Assembly: GCA_963804525.1 (NCBI GenBank)
Contig: CAWDQO010000006.1
Location: 410,500-474,499 of the forward strand
DNA: 64,000 nt
Direction of reading: 5' to 3'
DNA from: an uncultured Thermoplasmata archaeon
GTDB lineage: Archaea > Thermoplasmatota > Thermoplasmata > Lutacidiplasmatales > UBA184
Of the stretch, positions 59,507-64,000 are shown in pieces (position 1 is the first letter of the stretch; each line of letters starts with the position of its first letter). Below the pieces are notes generated by a model. The model was not told the origin of the DNA. It did no database searches and was given only the letters and a program-made list of their open reading frames with translations. The position numbers and the translations under genes are program-made.

Positions 59507-61021
59507 ATGCCTGAAGCCGTTGGCGCCGGCTGGACGGCCCACCTGAATTCGACTTACCGCGGGTTGTCTGCGGACAGAAAAGGGATCGAAGTCAGACCCC
59601 TAACCGTGATTTTGGGACCCAACAACGGGGGCAAATCGCAATTCCTCCGTTCGATGGTGCTTCTCGCAGCCTGCAAGAGACTGCTTTCGCCCGATGAGCG
59701 CGGATACCCCCTCCCTCTGCGGGGCTCGCTTGCCCAAAACCTAGCAGACATGGGGTTTCAGGACCTCGCCGAAGAACTGCCTGATCTGATTGGCCCCGAC
59801 CGGCCGATTCAGCTCGTGTGGCGGGCGCCATTTCAGGATGGGCGGACTTTCGGTCAAGCCCTGGCGGATGCTTCTGAGGAGATGCGCCGGCCCATGCACC
59901 GAGAGCGCTCCCGCGACATTCAAGACGGGCTGCCCCCGGTGGAATACCGCCTGGTTCTCTCATACGATTCGTCGACGAAAGAGATCCTCGTCCGCTCGTG
60001 CGTTGTTAGGGGGCTCTGGGAGGGACTGGAACTGCGGATCCAGTCGAAAGAGGTCAAGGGCGTTGAGTCCCGGCAACCGAAAGCAGACTGGGAGTTCGAC
60101 TTGCGGGCGCCCCCCTTCCCGGATTTTGTTACAAAGTTTCGGTACCGGGGACGGACCTACGACCACAGAGCAATCGTCGAGAATGCCTTGCGAAGGAGTG
60201 AGGGCAGGATTCACCAGGTGCTGTCGCAGCGATGGAGCCGGAACTGGGGTCTCAGGATACTAGTTCGGCTCGCCTTTTCGCGTCTTCCCTCAGTTATTTA
60301 CCTTGGCCCGATCAGAGTAAGGGACGACCGAACTTACTCGGTGGCGTCAAGTCAGGATACAGACGTCGTTGGTCGACTCGGGGAATTCACTTGGGTCCTC
60401 TTGCGTGAGCTCGAGCGCGGCAATCCGGCTCGGCGGCAGTGGTTGGAGGAACGAATCGAGCAGGTCACCGGACTAAGCAATGTGCGCGGTGATCGAGATA
60501 GTCCAACCGTCCCTCGAGTCATGGCGCGAATTGGTAAGGGCAGATCGTTCGCACTCCACAACTTTGGACTCGGAACCTCTCAGGCACTACCCATACTGGT
60601 CCAACTGGCCGCAACGTTACCCCTTCACCCCCAACGGGCGGTACCGCGGCGAGTGCGGAATCCTAGGTTCGTGGTCGTCGAAGAGCCTGAGACTCACCTT
60701 CACCCAGCCGCGCAGAAATCCCTCGCCCAGGCGATGGCCTCGTACGTCGCGGCTGGAGGGCGAGTTGTAGTTGAGACTCACTCGGAGGTATTCGTCCGCG
60801 CGATTGAAACCGCCATTTCCAAACAGTCCTTAGCACCCCATCTCGCAGGAGTCAACTGGGTTCAGCTCTCCGGTGATCGGAAGAGTAAGTACTGGGGCGT
60901 CAGATTCCACGACTTTGATGAGACGGGAGCGCTGGCGGGCGGGATTCCCGCGACCTTCGATGAAATCGTCCCCTCGCTGATTGAAGAACGCCTCATCTCA
61001 AGTCGACGAACTCGCAAATGA
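59507..61021 (+). CDS. ABC/AAA_21-type ATPase with a DUF3696-like C-terminus
   Basis: Walker A GPNNGGKS, then FVVVEEPETHLHPAAQ and VVVETHSEVF. It is paralogous in motif layout to the ATPase at 3583..4624. Confidence 0.75.
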   Translation: MPEAVGAGWTAHLNSTYRGLSADRKGIEVRPLTVILGPNNGGKSQFLRSMVLLAACKRLLSPDERGYPLPLRGSLAQNLADMGFQDLAEELPDLIGPDRPIQLVWRAPFQDGRTFGQALADASEEMRRPMHRERSRDIQDGLPPVEYRLVLSYDSSTKEILVRSCVVRGLWEGLELRIQSKEVKGVESRQPKADWEFDLRAPPFPDFVTKFRYRGRTYDHRAIVENALRRSEGRIHQVLSQRWSRNWGLRILVRLAFSRLPSVIYLGPIRVRDDRTYSVASSQDTDVVGRLGEFTWVLLRELERGNPARRQWLEERIEQVTGLSNVRGDRDSPTVPRVMARIGKGRSFALHNFGLGTSQALPILVQLAATLPLHPQRAVPRRVRNPRFVVVEEPETHLHPAAQKSLAQAMASYVAAGGRVVVETHSEVFVRAIETAISKQSLAPHLAGVNWVQLSGDRKSKYWGVRFHDFDETGALAGGIPATFDEIVPSLIEERLISSRRTRK

Positions 61022-61509
61022 TTCATGTCGTAGACACCGGGGTACTTGTGGGCCTTCCCGGCGATGCGATGGATATTCTCGCGAAGGTTCGCCAGAGTGA
61101 GGACGACAAGCTTGCCTCCGATCACCCTGACGGCCCCTGTTTTGGGGAGATTCAGCGACATTGCGAGTCGCCCCTCGTGCAAGGATGTCCCGTCCCGTGG
61201 CGTGGCCCTCCGAGCAATCCAATTAGCAAAGACGTTCGACGAGTGTTGATGCCCATGCTAGGCCGCGCCGAGAAGGTTGCGTTGGTGGCCTCGCACGACG
61301 GCGAGCCTGCGGGCGCGCTTGCCGACGAGCTGTTGGTCGCGGTTCGAGAGCTGGACTTGGATGCTTGGTGGGAGAAGGATCGGAAGTGGGTCTCGCTGGC
61401 GCAACGCGTTGGAGTCGCAAGAATCACATCGACCGACCGCGGTTTTCGGCGAGTAAAGAAGATATTGAAGAAACACGAGATTGCCGTTGTTTACATCGCT
61501 CCGACTTAG
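61018..61509 (+). CDS. PIN-like domain protein (weak assignment)
   Basis: The ATG overlaps the ATPase stop (ATGA). The N-terminal MIHVVDTGVLV and C-terminal ARITSTDRGFRRV resemble the first and last acidic motifs of PIN nucleases. The central part is unrecognised. Confidence 0.4.
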   Translation: MIHVVDTGVLVGLPGDAMDILAKVRQSEDDKLASDHPDGPCFGEIQRHCESPLVQGCPVPWRGPPSNPISKDVRRVLMPMLGRAEKVALVASHDGEPAGALADELLVAVRELDLDAWWEKDRKWVSLAQRVGVARITSTDRGFRRVKKILKKHEIAVVYIAPT

Positions 61510-61534
61510 CCCCCACCCCCGAGTTCCCAGAGAT

Positions 61535-61837
61535 ATGCCTGAGACATACGCCCGCTGGCTGATTGAACCCTTAGGGCTCCCTTGGGGGCTAAGCTCGCCG
61601 TTCGGGGCACATTGCGTCGACTTCCGAGCCAAGATTACGCCGGATCGGAACCCGCCGGGGGGTGCACCCGCACACGTCGCGTCTGGAGAGCTGCCGAATT
61701 CGGCCTGTCCGAGGGCCGGACGATGGATTCTCACGGTGATCGAGGGCGACGCGGCACCTCTCACCTTTCAGCGCGTCCCAAACACGGAAGGCTTTAGCCT
61801 CGGATTGAACGTTGCGGTCGCGAGGCGACGACCGTGA
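61535..61837 (+). CDS. Hypothetical 100-aa protein coupled to the downstream methyltransferase
   Basis: ATG at 61535 lies inside ORF 61481..61837. The stop overlaps the MTase GTG (GTGA at 61834-61837). Confidence 0.35.
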   Translation: MPETYARWLIEPLGLPWGLSSPFGAHCVDFRAKITPDRNPPGGAPAHVASGELPNSACPRAGRWILTVIEGDAAPLTFQRVPNTEGFSLGLNVAVARRRP

Positions 61838-63618
61838 GCAACCTTCCGAACATGCTCTACTTCGGCGACAACCTCGAACTCCTCCGTAACCGTGATCACT
61901 TCCCGGACTCCTCGGTGGACTTGATCTATCTCGACCCGCCCTTCAATTCGAACCAGGACTACAACGTCTTGTTTGCCGAGAAGAACGGAACTCAATCGGC
62001 GGCTCAAATCCAGGCCTTTTCCGACACGTGGCACTGGGACGTGGCCGCGTCCGCGGCCCTGAGCGATGCCGTGAGCAACGGGGGCCCCCGGGTGGCCTCG
62101 GCGATGAAGGCATTCCAGACACTCGTCGGCGGGAGCGACATGCTCGCCTACCTCTCGATGATGGCTCCCCGGCTCGTGGAGTTGAGACGAGTTCTCAAGC
62201 CGACTGGCTCGATCTATCTCCACTGCGACACAACGGCAAGCCACTACCTGAAAATCCTTATGGACGCCACTTTCGGTGCCCGAAACTTCCGGACCGAGAT
62301 CGCGTGGAAGCGCCAAAGCGCCCACAACGACGCCAGGCAGGGTCGAAAGCAACACGGACGTATCCACGACGTCATCCTGTTCTACACCGCGAGCGAGGAG
62401 TGGACGTGGAATTCGGTGTACGTCCCTTATGACGAGAAACAGCTCGAGACGAACTACCGTTGGGCCGAACTCCCGAACGGAAAGCTCGTTCATCTGAAGA
62501 AGGGTGAGGAAGCTCCGTCGGGCGCGCGACTCTGTTCTATGGGCGATCTGACCGGGCCCGGGGGGGTCGCGAGGGGAAGCCCGGAGTATGACCTATTGGG
62601 AGTCACGCGAGCCTGGCGCTTCTCCAAGGACAAGATGGACGAACTCGTCAGGCAAGGTCGGGTCGTTCAGACTGCACCGGGAAACGTACCCATGCAGAAG
62701 CGCTACCTCGACGAAATGCCCGGGGTAGTGGTCCAGGACATCTGGACGGACCTAAAACCGATTGCCGCTCAAGCGGCCGAGCGCCTCGGATACCCCACCC
62801 AGAAACCTGCGGCGTTACTCGAACGAATCATCCAGGGAAGCAGCAACCCCGGCGATACCGTCCTCGATCCGTTCTGTGGATGCGGAACGACCGTCGCGGC
62901 GGCTCAGAAGCTCGGCCGCCGATGGATCGGAATTGACGTCACGTACCTCGCGATTGGCCTCGTGGAGCGCAGGATGAAGGATACCTTCGGACCTGAAGTG
63001 GCGGGAAACTGGAAGGTCGTCGGCGAGCCTCGGACTGTCGCCGACGCTGGGGAACTTGCCCGACGAGACCGTTATCAGTTCCAGTGGTGGGCCCTCGACC
63101 GGGTCGACGCCCGCCCAAAGGAGAGCACTCGAAAGAAGGGGGCGGATCAGGGCGTGGACGGAATCATCAATTTCCAGGAGTCGCCAGGAGGGGCGGTCCG
63201 CACCGTCTTACTTCAGGTCAAATCCGGCCAGGTCCATCGCGACGATGTCGCGACGCTCAAGGGTGACATGGAGCGAGAGGACGCCGAAATCGGCGTCCTG
63301 CTCTCTCTCGAAGAACCTACCGAGCCGATGAGGAAGGAGGCGGCCGGCGCGGGTGTGTTCCAAGCCGAAGACCCCATCGGGGCTGGACGACCGACGTACC
63401 CACGAGTCCAGCTGCTGACCGTCAAGGAAATCCTCGAGGGAGGGAAGAGTGTGGAATACCCCAAGCAGGGCAACGTCACCTTCAAGAGGGCCCCGGTCGC
63501 CCCCCCGAAAGCCAGGGGCCGAATCAAGAAGCTGAGCTTACCTGGTTTCGCAGGGCAAGGGGTCCTGCGGGCCGAGGGGGACGACTCCGGCCACGATTCG
63601 GTGGAGCCCGAACAGTAG
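61834..63618 (+). CDS. Beta-class N6/N4 DNA methyltransferase fused to a C-terminal Mrr-like restriction-endonuclease domain
   Basis: The MTase part has [12 protein letters not shown] (motif IV), YPTQKP and [11 protein letters not shown] (motif I). The PD-(D/E)xK Mrr_cat-like part is the C-terminal [11 protein letters not shown]...VLLQVKSG. Confidence 0.75.
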   Translation: MSNLPNMLYFGDNLELLRNRDHFPDSSVDLIYLDPPFNSNQDYNVLFAEKNGTQSAAQIQAFSDTWHWDVAASAALSDAVSNGGPRVASAMKAFQTLVGGSDMLAYLSMMAPRLVELRRVLKPTGSIYLHCDTTASHYLKILMDATFGARNFRTEIAWKRQSAHNDARQGRKQHGRIHDVILFYTASEEWTWNSVYVPYDEKQLETNYRWAELPNGKLVHLKKGEEAPSGARLCSMGDLTGPGGVARGSPEYDLLGVTRAWRFSKDKMDELVRQGRVVQTAPGNVPMQKRYLDEMPGVVVQDIWTDLKPIAAQAAERLGYPTQKPAALLERIIQGSSNPGDTVLDPFCGCGTTVAAAQKLGRRWIGIDVTYLAIGLVERRMKDTFGPEVAGNWKVVGEPRTVADAGELARRDRYQFQWWALDRVDARPKESTRKKGADQGVDGIINFQESPGGAVRTVLLQVKSGQVHRDDVATLKGDMEREDAEIGVLLSLEEPTEPMRKEAAGAGVFQAEDPIGAGRPTYPRVQLLTVKEILEGGKSVEYPKQGNVTFKRAPVAPPKARGRIKKLSLPGFAGQGVLRAEGDDSGHDSVEPEQ

Positions 63619-63857
63619 GCGAGGCCCATTCTGGTTCCTCAGCCGGGGTGCCCCGGGCCGCGAACTAGGATTCGCCCCGTGCTTAGACCGAATCCGCTCG
63701 GGGGTGACTAATCCACGCTCAGGCTACCCGTCTTCCGACCTCCGCCAAATATTCGCCGCACCCGATGTGGGGCGTCCAGGAAGCACGCTGCTGCCTTCGC
63801 GGTTGGCATGTCGGCTTGCGGGCCTAGGATGTAATACCGGGGCCCCGTGTTGCGATC

Positions 63858-64000
63858 GTGTCTTGCGACCTGGAAGAGGAGGACATCGACGTCCTCTACT
63901 GGTTCTTCCAGAAGCACCTGCTTAGCCCAAAGGCAAGCCTGCATCAGGACGCGGTCTACGCCCGCCTGTCCGGAAAGATTCGCGACCCGGAAGCGGTCAT
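63858..64000 (+). CDS. 5' part of an unidentified ORF running off the window
   Basis: The frame is open from the stop at 63831, with a possible GTG at 63858. VSCDLEEEDIDVLYWFFQKHLLSPKASLHQDAVYARLSGKIRDPEAV shows coding-like codon bias. Confidence 0.25.
   Translation, partial: MSCDLEEEDIDVLYWFFQKHLLSPKASLHQDAVYARLSGKIRDPEAV

Noticed and set aside
60862-61764. Minus-strand ORFs 60862..61182, 61152..61427 and 61258..61764 overlapping the ATPase/PIN-like/small-ORF cassette.
   Set aside because: They are antisense to ORFs that have start/stop coupling and better codon bias. Their translations are low-complexity, with no recognisable motifs.

Overview
High-G+C archaeal chromosome segment, most likely Thermoplasmata-like. 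Supporting observations: a stand-alone 23S rRNA gene, a tRNA with a bulge-helix-bulge intron, a LonB-type ATPase, a SAMP-like MoaD protein and YVTN/'GLPxGxxW' surface proteins.

Core genes:
- pntAA-pntAB-pntB transhydrogenase, formate-tetrahydrofolate ligase and two HesB/IscA-like proteins.
- A class-II glutamine amidotransferase, an M29-like aminopeptidase and a CPA2 antiporter.
- An OB-fold protein and GT4/GT2 glycosyltransferases next to large envelope proteins.
- Four tRNAs: Val, Met/CAU, Asn, Arg.

Three accessory patches stand out:
1. 1253-5878: a 4.6-kb element with 33-bp terminal inverted repeats and a 14-bp duplication, inserted right after tRNA-Val. It carries a decayed IS4-type transposase and a DUF262 / ABC-type ATPase pair.
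2. 46755-48946: a 2.1-kb islet (ArsR, SRPBCC, DHFR-like) bracketed by a perfect 25-bp duplication of the tRNA-Arg 3' end.
3. ~49000 to the window end: a visibly lower-G+C island on the other side of tRNA-Arg. It holds a decayed tyrosine integrase, a P4/D5-type primase-helicase, a DNA methyltransferase, a serine recombinase, an IS1182-type IS, and a tightly coupled cassette of DUF3696-type ATPase, PIN-like protein, a 100-aa ORF and a methyltransferase::Mrr-like fusion. I consider this cassette the best candidate for an undescribed defence-type system.

Caveat: roughly two dozen genes, including housekeeping ones such as pntB, are interrupted by single-base frame shifts, often at C/G runs. Many 'pseudogenes' may therefore be consensus indel errors. 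Gene models below are merged across frames and their ends are approximate where stated. No CRISPR array and no 16S or 5S rRNA were seen.
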